This document shows, one piece after another, positions 26,276-36,138 of a DNA stretch of 64,000 bases (positions are counted from its first letter, which is position 1; every line of letters starts with the position of its first letter). This DNA is from Alphaproteobacteria bacterium (lineage in GTDB: Bacteria > Pseudomonadota > Alphaproteobacteria > Rs-D84). The notes below the pieces were generated by a model that worked only from the letters and a program-made list of their open reading frames with translations, did not search any database and was not told the origin of the DNA. The stretch lies in NCBI GenBank assembly GCA_017524525.1, contig JAFXVM010000001.1, positions 7,256 to 71,255 of the forward strand. The letters are read 5' to 3'. A program made the position numbers and the translations under genes.

Positions 26276-27106
26276 ATGGCACCAGATGTTAATGCTGCGA
26301 AAGAGTATCTTTCAAAAAACATCGCTTCTAACGGAAAATTTGCCGAATATTCTGCTGCGTATGTTGTGACTAATGAAGATATACGCAGCGCCATGAATTT
26401 TATGCCCAAAGACACAGAAAATGCTTTGACTGTTGCTGGGTCTGGCGATCATCCTATGTTTATGAAAATATATGGCGCAAAGAATGTCGATACTTTTGAT
26501 TTATCTTATAACGCAAAATTAATTATGGATATCAAGACGGCTGCTTTGCCAATATTAAAACATGCCGAATATTATAACTTTTTGAAAAACATCTATTTTG
26601 CCGACGATTTATTATCCGTCGAAAATATGCCAAAGATAATTGAAAAATTGCCATACGAAGAAAAAGCATATATTGTCGGGATGCGCAATTGCAGATTGTT
26701 CAATCACGGGCTGAACCCAGATTCTTATTTAGGTACAAATAAACCTGTCCCTTATTTAACAGAATTCCAAAAAATGCGAGAAGTTATTACCGAACCTTTT
26801 AATTTTATTTGGTCTGATATAGAATCTCTGCACACAAAATTGGATAAAACTTACGATTTTATACATCTTTCTAATATTCTCGATTATATCAAAGAACCGA
26901 ATGATTTAAAAATTTTGGCTTCATTGATGCAACACACACATATTGGCAGTGTTGTTTATTTTGAAACATTTCATTTTTGTTCCTTGCCAGAACGTTTGTT
27001 TATGGACCCAAATCATTATCGTTTTATGATTAATAAAAATCAAATTTGGGCATATAAACGACCAACAATGGACGAAACTCTTCACGTAATGCAACGAATA
27101 AGATAA
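26276..27106 (+). CDS. DUF3419/BtaA-like SAM-dependent protein (tentative)
   Basis: 276 aa. ALTVAGSGDHPMFM...VDTFDLSYNAKLIMDIKTAAL resembles the N-terminal SAM-binding pattern of DUF3419 proteins. Confidence 0.35.
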   Translation: MAPDVNAAKEYLSKNIASNGKFAEYSAAYVVTNEDIRSAMNFMPKDTENALTVAGSGDHPMFMKIYGAKNVDTFDLSYNAKLIMDIKTAALPILKHAEYYNFLKNIYFADDLLSVENMPKIIEKLPYEEKAYIVGMRNCRLFNHGLNPDSYLGTNKPVPYLTEFQKMREVITEPFNFIWSDIESLHTKLDKTYDFIHLSNILDYIKEPNDLKILASLMQHTHIGSVVYFETFHFCSLPERLFMDPNHYRFMINKNQIWAYKRPTMDETLHVMQRIR

Positions 27107-27175
27107 AAAATTTGACAAAATATTTTTTGGACTTATAATATGCTCGCAAAAAAATAACATAAAAAGGTAAAAACA

Positions 27176-27877
27176 ATGGAAAAACATACTATAAATGATT
27201 TGGCTAAGAAATTAAAAATAAACAAAGCGACTGCGCTTTACAAAGCACATGTATTATCGTTGCTGTTACTGGGCAGCACTATTTTGGGCATCGGTGTAGC
27301 TGGAGTTGTAGAATTTTCCAACAAAGGTGCCAGCCAAGAAGCACAATACAGAGGACATTTTTTTGAAACGACAATCGCAGTTTTGCTTGTTGCTTTTATC
27401 GCTGTAGTTATGTTTGAAACAGGTAAAAAAATAGACAGAACTGCCGCTCGCACAGCATTAAAATATCTTAAACAATTGTTCAGCAAAAAGCCTGAATTAA
27501 AGCAATTTGAAAATGTTTTATCTGATCAAAAGTCTTTGGAAGAAATTGCCGCTTATATTTTCAACAATTTACGTCCAAGCGAACAGCAAGATATTCATAA
27601 AATGATTGAAGATAGTCACATATTGACTTCTTTAATCAATATCGACCAGAAAAAAGAAGAAGAAAGAATCAAAGACCTTATGGTTATCGAAGAAACAAAA
27701 GACAAAATTATTAACAAAATCAACGAGCATGCAAATCCAGATAATGATTTTAAACCCCACCCAGAATTCATATCAGGACTGGAAAGTTTGTTGTTGGGAT
27801 TGAGTTATAACCTGGACAGACAGAAAGTCATAAATATGAATAGAAATGCCAGCAAACAAGCCCAACAAGGCGCATAA
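27176..27877 (+). CDS. Membrane protein, paralog pair member 1
   Basis: 233 aa. Two TM helices, then PELKQFENVLSDQKSLEEIAAYIFNNL...IEDSHIL, which is shared with the next gene. Confidence 0.5.
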   Translation: MEKHTINDLAKKLKINKATALYKAHVLSLLLLGSTILGIGVAGVVEFSNKGASQEAQYRGHFFETTIAVLLVAFIAVVMFETGKKIDRTAARTALKYLKQLFSKKPELKQFENVLSDQKSLEEIAAYIFNNLRPSEQQDIHKMIEDSHILTSLINIDQKKEEERIKDLMVIEETKDKIINKINEHANPDNDFKPHPEFISGLESLLLGLSYNLDRQKVINMNRNASKQAQQGA

Positions 27878-27899
27878 ATAACACAAAAATCTAGGTTAG

Positions 27900-27920
27900 C
27901 CCCGCTTTTGCGGGGTTTTT
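27900..27920 (+). terminator. Intrinsic terminator
   Basis: CCCCGCTTTTGCGGGG followed by TTTTT. Confidence 0.65.
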
Positions 27921-27981
27921 CTTAATAAAAATGTTGAAGATACGATTTTTTAATTTAAAATAGCCGTTGCTAATAAAGAAT

Positions 27982-28617
27982 ATGATGAAGAACAGAAAAC
28001 CTATTATAAACAGAATCAGCGCCAGATATATGTCGATTATACTATTAATAATGCTCGTGTACGCTACTGCATTTTGTGCGATTATATGTAATTTGAATCA
28101 TCATCCTGCCAACAAGCCTGAAACAAAAAAAGAAATGGTTAAAACCAGCGTTATTGATGTATCTGCTGTTTTAATTTCGGCATTTTTGATAACTTTGCAT
28201 TTGGTAAATTTACATAAAAAAGCAAATGCTTTTGCTTCACATATTGTCCGTAATTATATTCGGCAGATGATGAGGGGACACCCTGCTCTTAAACAATACC
28301 AATCAGTATTAACAAACCCAAAAACTTTACAAATTGTTGCAAACGGGGTTTCTAATGCCCTGCCTGATGACACAAAAAAGACAATTTTACAGATTATTCG
28401 TGATTCAGACATATTAAATATAGACGGTTCTTCGTTCCGTATGCCGCGTCCACATACTGTTAAAAACATTAGAAAAGCAATTTCTCAAATTACTAGCGTG
28501 ATTGAAAGATATGCCAAAAACAACCCAGAATTTATATTTAAAATCTATTCTGTGATGGAAATCGCTCAAAAATCTATGATGAATAGCCCAAACAAAACAA
28601 ACACAAAAACAAGATAA
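27982..28617 (+). CDS. Membrane protein, paralog pair member 2
   Basis: 211 aa from ATG 27982 (the ORF track starts at a TTG). Two TM helices, then PALKQYQSVLTNPKTLQIVANGVSNAL...IRDSDIL. Confidence 0.5.
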   Translation: MMKNRKPIINRISARYMSIILLIMLVYATAFCAIICNLNHHPANKPETKKEMVKTSVIDVSAVLISAFLITLHLVNLHKKANAFASHIVRNYIRQMMRGHPALKQYQSVLTNPKTLQIVANGVSNALPDDTKKTILQIIRDSDILNIDGSSFRMPRPHTVKNIRKAISQITSVIERYAKNNPEFIFKIYSVMEIAQKSMMNSPNKTNTKTR

Positions 28618-28685
28618 ATTCGTCGTATTATTTTTTATAAAAAAATATTGGCATTGAAGATTATTGTTGCTATTATCAAAAGGAA

Positions 28686-29864
28686 ATGTTGAAGAAGTTC
28701 CTGATTTTATGTATGTGTTTGAATATTGGCTTTGCCAATGCTGACGATTTTCAAACCAAGGCCAAATCTGCTTATTTAATCGATTACGACAGTGGACACG
28801 AAATTGTTTCCAAAAATGCAGATGTTCTAATGCCGCCTTCTTCCATGTTAAAATTGATGACTTTGACAGTGCTTTTTGATGCAATTAAATCTGGCAATTT
28901 GAAAATGGATGATTTATTGACTGTATCTGAAAATGCAGACTATAAAAATCCACTATGGTATCCAGCCAGCAAAATGTGTTTAACCACTGGGCAACAAATA
29001 TCTGTCAAAGACGCAATATTGGGCATTATTGTACTTTCTGCGGGGGATGCTTCTGTGACGGTTGCAGAAAAATTGGCTGGGGATGAATCTAAATTCACAG
29101 AATTAATGCAGAAAAAAGCACATGAAATTGGAATGAATTTATCGACTTTTGGTAATGCGAGTGGTTTGCCACACGATAACAATTTAATGACTTCCAAAGA
29201 ATTAGCGATATTGGCAAAATATATAATTGATGAATATCCTGATATTTACCCAATGTTTGCAACAAAACGTTTTGAATTTACAGACACGAAAACTGATTGG
29301 TGTCGTGATTGGAATAAATCTCATACTATGAATTATAACAGATTATTATTTCAAATGCCGGGGGCAGACGGTCTTAAAACTGGACATACTGACGAAGGTG
29401 GCTATGGTGTTGTTGCCAGTGCCAAAGTTGGCGGTCGTCGTTTGATTGGTGTTATAAACGGATTCCGCGGCAAAGGGCACGATGGTTTGGCTGAAGAAAT
29501 AAAAAAATTGTTAAATTACGGATACAAAACCACCTATACAAAAGTATTTTATCGCTCAGGTGATACGCTTTTGAAAATACCTGTGTGGTATGGTCGCAAA
29601 GCAGAAATAGAAGCAACCGTAGATGAAAACGTAGCAATAACTTTGCCAAAAGATTATCCGCTGAAAAATATTCGCGTACTTGCGCGATACGAAGAACCTG
29701 TTGCTGCACCAATCAAAGCAGGACAAAACATCGGCGAAGTTGTTATCGAAAAAAACGGAGATATTGTCAAAAGAATCCCTTTGGTTGCCAAAGAAAGAAT
29801 TAGAAAAATTCAATTCTTTGGACGCGTGTTCAAAAATATATCTGTGATGTTGGGGGGCAAATAG
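28686..29864 (+). CDS. D-alanyl-D-alanine carboxypeptidase (PBP5/6 type)
   Basis: 392 aa. Signal peptide, SxxK (PPSSMLKLMT), SAGDAS in the SxN position, KTGHT, and a C-terminal PBP5_C-like domain. Confidence 0.8.
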   Translation: MLKKFLILCMCLNIGFANADDFQTKAKSAYLIDYDSGHEIVSKNADVLMPPSSMLKLMTLTVLFDAIKSGNLKMDDLLTVSENADYKNPLWYPASKMCLTTGQQISVKDAILGIIVLSAGDASVTVAEKLAGDESKFTELMQKKAHEIGMNLSTFGNASGLPHDNNLMTSKELAILAKYIIDEYPDIYPMFATKRFEFTDTKTDWCRDWNKSHTMNYNRLLFQMPGADGLKTGHTDEGGYGVVASAKVGGRRLIGVINGFRGKGHDGLAEEIKKLLNYGYKTTYTKVFYRSGDTLLKIPVWYGRKAEIEATVDENVAITLPKDYPLKNIRVLARYEEPVAAPIKAGQNIGEVVIEKNGDIVKRIPLVAKERIRKIQFFGRVFKNISVMLGGK

Positions 29865-29866
29865 TT

Positions 29867-30769
29867 ATGGCAACCAAGAAAAAGGAAGTTTTATTTGATT
29901 TTCCAAAACCAATTGATAACGATTGTTTAATTGGACACGAAGAAACTCTTCAAACTTTTATAAACGCATGGAACGGACGCAACGAACATTCCATTCATCC
30001 TGTGTGGATGTTGTGTGGTCCGCACGGAATTGGCAAGGCTACTTTGGCTTATAAAATCGCAAAAATGGTTTATGGCGATGTCGGTGATTTCTTTATAATT
30101 GATATGGAAAACAACATAGACAAAGACGGCAAACCAAAAACAGAAGGTAAAGAAATTACAGTATATACTGTGCGCGCTATGATAAAAAAAATGCAGATGT
30201 CTTCTATGTCTGGTAAATGGCGCGTTGTATTGATTGATTCTGTTGATGAATTAAATCTGGCTGCTGAAAACGCAATTTTAAAGTTATTAGAAGAACCACC
30301 ACAACAAACTTTGTTTTTGCTGGTGACACATCAGTTGTCTAATGTATTACCAACAGTACGGTCGCGCGCACGCGTTGAAAAGATGCGTCCACTTACAATT
30401 TCTCAACTTCGCGAATTGTGCATCAAATTTATGGGCGAAGAAGAAATAAGTTCCGCGATGTTAAAATTGGCTAATGGCAGTTTTGGGAAAATTGCTAATT
30501 TGAAAGCATGTGGTGGCGATGTTATTTATGAAGAATTACTTAATGTGTTAACAGACAAAAAATCAACTGCAAGCGATATGATGAGTATCGCTGTAAAAAT
30601 AGCATCTGCGCCTGCTCTTTACGGTATTGTATTAGATGCTATTGCTTATTTTGGTTTAGCTGATTTATACCCGATGGCCAGCAATACTATTGCTGATATC
30701 AACAGACTAAATTTGCGACCTGATATAACATTATTTAAAATTATAACCGAGATTAAAAAATGTTTATAG
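29867..30769 (+). CDS. holB: DNA polymerase III subunit delta'
   Basis: 300 aa. GPHGIGKATLA, AENAILKLLEEPP, and PTVRSRA. Confidence 0.75.
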   Translation: MATKKKEVLFDFPKPIDNDCLIGHEETLQTFINAWNGRNEHSIHPVWMLCGPHGIGKATLAYKIAKMVYGDVGDFFIIDMENNIDKDGKPKTEGKEITVYTVRAMIKKMQMSSMSGKWRVVLIDSVDELNLAAENAILKLLEEPPQQTLFLLVTHQLSNVLPTVRSRARVEKMRPLTISQLRELCIKFMGEEEISSAMLKLANGSFGKIANLKACGGDVIYEELLNVLTDKKSTASDMMSIAVKIASAPALYGIVLDAIAYFGLADLYPMASNTIADINRLNLRPDITLFKIITEIKKCL

Positions 30770-31521
30770 ATACGCATTGCCATTTAACCCATGAATATGA
30801 AAGTGGCGTGGACGCTGTTGTGGCGCGCGCTGATGATGCAGGTGTAAAAACTTTGATTTGCGCGACAGCCGAAGGAACAGACATAAAACCAGCCCTTAAA
30901 ATTGCCGAAAAATATACTAACATTTTTATAACCGCTGGCATTCATCCAGATCACATAGATTTAAATCCACACGATTTTTTAACCGATGAAATTTTAAATC
31001 ATCCACGGGTTTTGGGAGTTGGTGAAATTGGGCTTGATTATCATTACGAACCACAAACACGCGACGCACAAATAAAACTGTTCGAAACACAACTGGAAAT
31101 TGCACGCGTTCATAATATGCCTGTGGCGATTCATACGCGCGATGCAGACGAAGATACTGTTGCGATTTTAACTGACAAATACCACGGCGTTATGCATTGC
31201 TTTACTTCGTCTTGGGAATTAGCAAAGGTTATGTTAGATCGTGGCTTTTATTTTTCTGCAAGTGGTATTTTAACTTTTAAAAACGCAGAATCTATACGCG
31301 AAACATTTGTAAAAATACCGATGGACAGAATTGTGATTGAAACAGATTCACCCTATTGCGCGCCTGTACCGTATCGTGGCAAAGTTTGCGAACCTGCATT
31401 TGTGATTGAAACAGCAAAAGTGTTAGCACAAATCAAAAAGTTGCAAATCGAAGAATTAGAAACTATACTGTTTGAAAACACAAAAAGGTTGTACCCAAAG
31501 ATATCGGTCGCAAACGGTTAA
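30760..31521 (+). CDS. tatD: TatD family metal-dependent hydrolase
   Basis: 253 aa. FIDTHCHL, GEIGLDYHY, AIHTRDA, and ETDSPY. Confidence 0.85.
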   Translation: MFIDTHCHLTHEYESGVDAVVARADDAGVKTLICATAEGTDIKPALKIAEKYTNIFITAGIHPDHIDLNPHDFLTDEILNHPRVLGVGEIGLDYHYEPQTRDAQIKLFETQLEIARVHNMPVAIHTRDADEDTVAILTDKYHGVMHCFTSSWELAKVMLDRGFYFSASGILTFKNAESIRETFVKIPMDRIVIETDSPYCAPVPYRGKVCEPAFVIETAKVLAQIKKLQIEELETILFENTKRLYPKISVANG

Positions 31522-31522
31522 T

Positions 31523-32662
31523 TTATTCGTTATAAAATAAATTTATGTAATCTTTGTAATACCATTTTTGCGCATATGCATTATCACCAAGTTTTACTAA
31601 AATTCCCATTTTTACCAATCGGTTTATCATTTTATACCCAGACGGTTTTGATGTTCCTGTCCATTTCATAATATCTGATATACCAACAATAGGCATTTTA
31701 TATAAATTTTCCAATACAGTCATTGTTGATTGTGATACCGCTTTACCTAAAACTTTTACTTTATCTGTATCTCGTTCACGTATTTTTGTAATCAAAGCAC
31801 ATGTTTTGATGGCGGAATTTGCAGTGTCAATAATTCCATCCAAAAAGAAATCCAACCAACCAACAATGTCGCCATTATGATAATCATTTAACTTTTGATA
31901 ATATATACTTCTGTGTTGTTTGAAATATGCCGATAAATACAATATAGGCATTTCCAACAACTTTTTATACCATAAAAACATTGTTATCAATATACGACCT
32001 GTTCGACCATTGCCATCATTAAATGGGTGAATTGTTTCAAATTGTGCATGCAATAAACCTGCCTTAACAAGTGGTAAATAATCATCATTTGCATGTATAA
32101 ATTTTTCTAAATCATTCAAAGCACGTGTCATTTCCTCAACTGGTGGTGGGACATAGGTCGCATTATCTGGTCTGGTGCCACCAATCCAATTTTGACTGGT
32201 TCTAAATTCCCCAGGATAAGAATTATGTGTGCTTCGTGCTTTCAACATCAATTTTGAGTGTAATTCCCTGATAAATCTTAAAGACAAAGGAAAATCTTTG
32301 GCTCGAACAAGGCCATAATTCAATGCATTTATATAATGCATAATATCATCTACATCTTCAGGCAAAGAATTGCTTGGTTCTACGTTTTCTTTTTCAATAA
32401 CATCCATCATAGTTGCATTTGTGCCTTCAATTTGACTAGAAGATGATGCGTCCTTTTTTACAAACATAACCAAAAACCAATCTTTATCAGGTAATAATTC
32501 TGTAATACCGTCCAATTTACCTAATAATCTTATTGCTTCCGTATGCTTTGAAATTATTGTATTTGGTAAAGATAATTGTTTAACAGGCGGAAAAGAATTT
32601 GGAATAAATGCCTTAAAACCCGCAGATTGTTTTACAAAATTACCTATTTTTATATTATTCAT
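31523..32662 (-). CDS. Fic family protein with C-terminal winged-helix domain
   Basis: 379 aa. Canonical Fic motif HPFNDGNGRTGR. N-terminal Fic_N-like region. C-terminal GYKMINRLVKMGILV is wHTH-like. Confidence 0.85.
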   Translation of the reverse strand: MNNIKIGNFVKQSAGFKAFIPNSFPPVKQLSLPNTIISKHTEAIRLLGKLDGITELLPDKDWFLVMFVKKDASSSSQIEGTNATMMDVIEKENVEPSNSLPEDVDDIMHYINALNYGLVRAKDFPLSLRFIRELHSKLMLKARSTHNSYPGEFRTSQNWIGGTRPDNATYVPPPVEEMTRALNDLEKFIHANDDYLPLVKAGLLHAQFETIHPFNDGNGRTGRILITMFLWYKKLLEMPILYLSAYFKQHRSIYYQKLNDYHNGDIVGWLDFFLDGIIDTANSAIKTCALITKIRERDTDKVKVLGKAVSQSTMTVLENLYKMPIVGISDIMKWTGTSKPSGYKMINRLVKMGILVKLGDNAYAQKWYYKDYINLFYNE

Positions 32663-32695
32663 AATGCCACCTTTGGTAAATACTGTAACATAAAA

Positions 32696-32766
32696 ACTTT
32701 ACTTTGTAAACACAAAAGTAAACTTTTTTATATAAAACCTTTACTTTGGCAAAATAAAAGTAAACT
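32696..32766. promoter_or_regulatory. Two copies of palindrome TTTACTTT-N9-AAAGTAAA, 42 bp apart, upstream of fic
   Basis: Arms at 32698-32705/32715-32722 and 32740-32747/32757-32764, located 36-102 nt upstream of the fic ATG. Confidence 0.55.
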
Positions 32767-33053
32767 TTTTGATGGTATATTTTTATATGATAATGGTGTC
32801 TGAAAATTTACACATCATCCCACTATGCCTAGTATTATAATACCAAAATACCACGGTGCAAACGGGTAAAATAAGTCATTAAAAATTGGTAAATGATAAA
32901 ATTTTTGATTTTTATCTTTTATATTGTATAATTTAAATCATTGAAAAGGTTTATTATGAAAAAATACCCAAGTTTTCAAGATAAATATAAAACAGTATTT
33001 TAAAAAAACACCTGATTTACCCCAGGTGTTTTATTTTTTATGTTATTAATATT

Positions 33054-33554
33054 TTATTTTACTTTTTGTGTTGAATTTTGATTGGCTGCATTTATTGTTT
33101 TTTGTTGTTCTTGTTTGAACTTTTCCAGTGCCTCTTTTATAATCTCTTGCTTAAATTGTTCTTTTTCACGTTTATCCTGTTCAATTGCTTTCACACACGC
33201 AAACGATAACCCAGCAAGAATAGCAATTATTACTGTCCAAACAATCGCTTCTTCATGTCTGTATTCCCACCATTCTTTTGCTTTTGTTTTAAAAGGTTTC
33301 AACTTATATCTCAGTTTGTCATACAAATCATCAGCCTTTTGAAACAATACTCCACAAGTAAAATATTTATTATTTATCATATATGCTTCAAATTCATCTT
33401 TTCTACTGCGTTTTATGCTAGCAACGTCGCCAATATGTATAACCTTTTCTTCATCCTTGGTTATTTTATATTTGTAAACATGTTTGATTAAATAATTGAT
33501 GTATTTTAATGCCTCTGTGTCTGATAAATTTGACCAATCTTGTGGTATTTTCAT
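33054..33554 (-). CDS. Hypothetical single-pass membrane protein
   Basis: 166 aa. One TM helix (VWTVIIAILAGLSFACV) and a charged helical C-terminus. Confidence 0.4.
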   Translation of the reverse strand: MKIPQDWSNLSDTEALKYINYLIKHVYKYKITKDEEKVIHIGDVASIKRSRKDEFEAYMINNKYFTCGVLFQKADDLYDKLRYKLKPFKTKAKEWWEYRHEEAIVWTVIIAILAGLSFACVKAIEQDKREKEQFKQEIIKEALEKFKQEQQKTINAANQNSTQKVK

Positions 33555-33679
33555 TTTTAATCCTTTTTTTATTATATCTTTCTGGTTTCATCATAGACAA
33601 AAGCATTTGCTTTGTCAAATTTTTCGTATTTCTCATAAAAACATTGGATTTTTACAAAAAATCATATAAAATTTATGCT

Positions 33680-34147
33680 ATGTCACGTCAAATTATAAAA
33701 TTTGGTCAAGTCAGTGAAAATCGCAAAGCGCGATTTGCTTATTCAATAGATGATACTATTGAAGCCGGCATTTCATTGACTGGGGCAGAAATCAAATCAA
33801 TTCGTTATGGATTGGTGACTATTGTTGATGGTTTTGTTCAAAAACGTGGCGACAATTTATTTTTGGCTGGGGTCGAAATTCAAAAATTACCAACTGCCGC
33901 ACGCATCGTTAATTTCGATGAAAGACGCCAACGCCAATTGTTATTACATCGTAATCAAATAAATCGTTTGATTGGTAAATTACAAGAAAAAGGTGCAACC
34001 ATAGTTCCGCTTAAATTATATTTCAACAATCGCGGCAGATTAAAAGTTTTGCTTGGTATCGGTTATGGTAAAAACAAAGTCGACAAACGCGAAACAATCA
34101 AACAACGCGAATGGGAAAGAAATAAATCTAGGATTTTAAAGAAATAA
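33680..34147 (+). CDS. smpB: SsrA-binding protein SmpB
   Basis: 155 aa from ATG 33680. NRKARFAYSI..., GISLTGAEIKSIR, and LLLHRNQINRL. Confidence 0.85.
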   Translation: MSRQIIKFGQVSENRKARFAYSIDDTIEAGISLTGAEIKSIRYGLVTIVDGFVQKRGDNLFLAGVEIQKLPTAARIVNFDERRQRQLLLHRNQINRLIGKLQEKGATIVPLKLYFNNRGRLKVLLGIGYGKNKVDKRETIKQREWERNKSRILKK

Positions 34148-34177
34148 AAAAAAACCGTCCAGTAAGACGGTTTTTTT
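34146..34177. terminator. Bidirectional intrinsic terminator
   Basis: A-run, CCGTCCAGTAAGACGG, T-run. Confidence 0.65.
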
Positions 34178-34189
34178 AAATTGTATTAT

Positions 34190-34663
34190 TTATTGTTCAT
34201 TTGCTTCTGGTGCATTTGGTTCTTGGGTTTCTGCTGGCATTTCTGGTTTTTGAAAATCTTTCTTGCCAAAGAACCCTTTGTGATGGCGCATTTCTTTTTT
34301 TACTGCTTTGTATTCTTCGATAGAAATGCAATTATCACCATTCATATCAGCAGTTGCCAATTTTTCCTGCATTTTTGGGCAGTTAATAGAAGACATATCC
34401 AAACACCCGTTTACAAATACAGGATTCATCTTTGGCATGTGTTTTGGACCATGACCGCAATACATCATTTTGCCAGCCACCATACCCAAAGCAAATATAA
34501 TAGCCCAAACGATTAAATGTTTGATAAAATGAGCACCACCATGGCAATGGCAACGACAATTTTCGCCACATTCACATCTGTGTTCCATTACCGGTGCAGG
34601 TTTAACAACCGTTCTTTTAACAGTTGTTTTTTTCATTGTTTTTGTTGTCTTTTTTGTTGGCAT
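34190..34663 (-). CDS. Membrane protein with Cys/His-rich N-terminus and one EF-hand loop
   Basis: 157 aa. AAGGAAGGA RBS. HRCECGENCRCHCHGGAH, one TM helix (LIVWAIIFALGMVAG), and DMNGDNCISIEE, which fits the 12-residue EF-hand loop DxNxDxxIxxxE. Confidence 0.55.
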   Translation of the reverse strand: MPTKKTTKTMKKTTVKRTVVKPAPVMEHRCECGENCRCHCHGGAHFIKHLIVWAIIFALGMVAGKMMYCGHGPKHMPKMNPVFVNGCLDMSSINCPKMQEKLATADMNGDNCISIEEYKAVKKEMRHHKGFFGKKDFQKPEMPAETQEPNAPEANEQ

Positions 34664-34831
34664 TGTATTCCTTCCTTTGGTTGTTTGTTATACACATGCA
34701 TATTGTAAGCGATTTATAAAATTAAGTCCAGCGGAAAAATTACATAAAAAAACTATCATCGTATTAACTTGAAATTGTATTCTTGTTGTTTTTGTGATAC
34801 TATGTGAAAGTAGTTAAAAAGGGAGATGATA

Positions 34832-35611
34832 ATGACCGCTTATAAACAAACAAAGAAAGATATACGACTTATTATTGACAACGAAATTTGTATACCTGTT
34901 GCAAAATTACCAATTCGCGAAATGGTGACCAAGGTAATTCCTGGCAAAAAATATTTATGTACAGACACAGGTATGTATTCCGAAGGCAAAGAAGGCGAAG
35001 CACTTATTACGCGCATATATCCTGATGGTACAAAAGATACATATAAGAACAAAAAAGGACCAAAATACGAATTTGAAAATGGAAAAACCTGGGATGATTT
35101 GAAACCTGGTGAATCTGCTTTTGGAAAATTAAAAGATGGTCCAGAATACGACAGAGTCGCGTTATTGGCATCCCCAAAGGATACAGTTGATGCCGTATGG
35201 GATGAAACACAAAAAGTTTTGCGTAAAAATGCTTATATTACCGTTATTTACATGAACAATAAATTCGATATGAGTGAAAAGGGAAAATGGGGCAGTCAAC
35301 AAATCGTATTGAATAATAATGCTGGCGATTTGCATCCAATCGATATAAAAAGAAAAGATTCCAAAGGCAACCCTGTGGTTATCGGCGAATTACCATTGAC
35401 TGCAAAAGTACAAGCACGTAAAAAAGAATTGAAAGAATATGTAAATAAATATTACGGTGGTATAACGCCAACACATTTAAAACCACTTGAAAAGACTTTA
35501 AATGCCACTATCACGCATTCTTTGAACAAGGCTAAAAAGAAAACAAGTACAATGCCGAAGGCACGTGGTATCGGTATAAAAAGAATACTGTCTCAAATGC
35601 GTCAAAAATAA
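34832..35611 (+). CDS. Hypothetical protein
   Basis: 259 aa from ATG 34832 (GGGAG 6 nt upstream). No family recognised. Basic C-terminus. Confidence 0.45.
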   Translation: MTAYKQTKKDIRLIIDNEICIPVAKLPIREMVTKVIPGKKYLCTDTGMYSEGKEGEALITRIYPDGTKDTYKNKKGPKYEFENGKTWDDLKPGESAFGKLKDGPEYDRVALLASPKDTVDAVWDETQKVLRKNAYITVIYMNNKFDMSEKGKWGSQQIVLNNNAGDLHPIDIKRKDSKGNPVVIGELPLTAKVQARKKELKEYVNKYYGGITPTHLKPLEKTLNATITHSLNKAKKKTSTMPKARGIGIKRILSQMRQK

Positions 35612-35629
35612 TAAAGTATTTTTGTTACA

Positions 35630-35661
35630 AAAAAACACCCACGATTTTGTGGGTGTTTTTT
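35630..35661. terminator. Bidirectional intrinsic terminator
   Basis: A-run, CACCCACGATTTTGTGGGTG, T-run. Confidence 0.65.
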
Positions 35662-35684
35662 AACCTTTCTAAACAAACCAGGGT

Positions 35685-35957
35685 TTAGTTCAAAGCATCC
35701 TTCAAGGATTTTCCTGGACGGAACTTTGGTTGTGTAGAAGCAGCAATTTTAATTGGTGCACCTGTTTGTGGGTTGCGACCTGTTGTTGCTTTACGTTTTG
35801 CTGTTGCGAAAGTACCAAAGCCTACCAAGCGAACTTCGCCTTTTTTCTTTAATACTTTTGTTACTGTGTTGATGAATGCATCCAAACAACCAGCTGCAGT
35901 TGCTTTTGTAACTTCAACTTCATTTGCAATTGCTTCAATCAATTCTTGTTTGTTCAT
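35685..35957 (-). CDS. hup: DNA-binding protein HU
   Basis: 90 aa. MNKQELIEAIA...VRLVGFGTF...RNPQTGAPIKIAAS..PKFRPGKSLKDALN. Confidence 0.9.
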   Translation of the reverse strand: MNKQELIEAIANEVEVTKATAAGCLDAFINTVTKVLKKKGEVRLVGFGTFATAKRKATTGRNPQTGAPIKIAASTQPKFRPGKSLKDALN

Positions 35958-36138
35958 ATGTTTCTCCTTTCATATAGAGTTTAAGGTTGTCCGGCAGTTT
36001 TCAAAGGCATTGCCCTTGGAACAATATCTCGGTTTCCAAAGACATTGCCTCCACTGCTTACCCGAATCGTAGAGAAAACTGCGGTTTAAGTCAAGTCAAT
36101 AATTTCAAAACCGCAAAATTCTTTATTTTTGACAAAAA

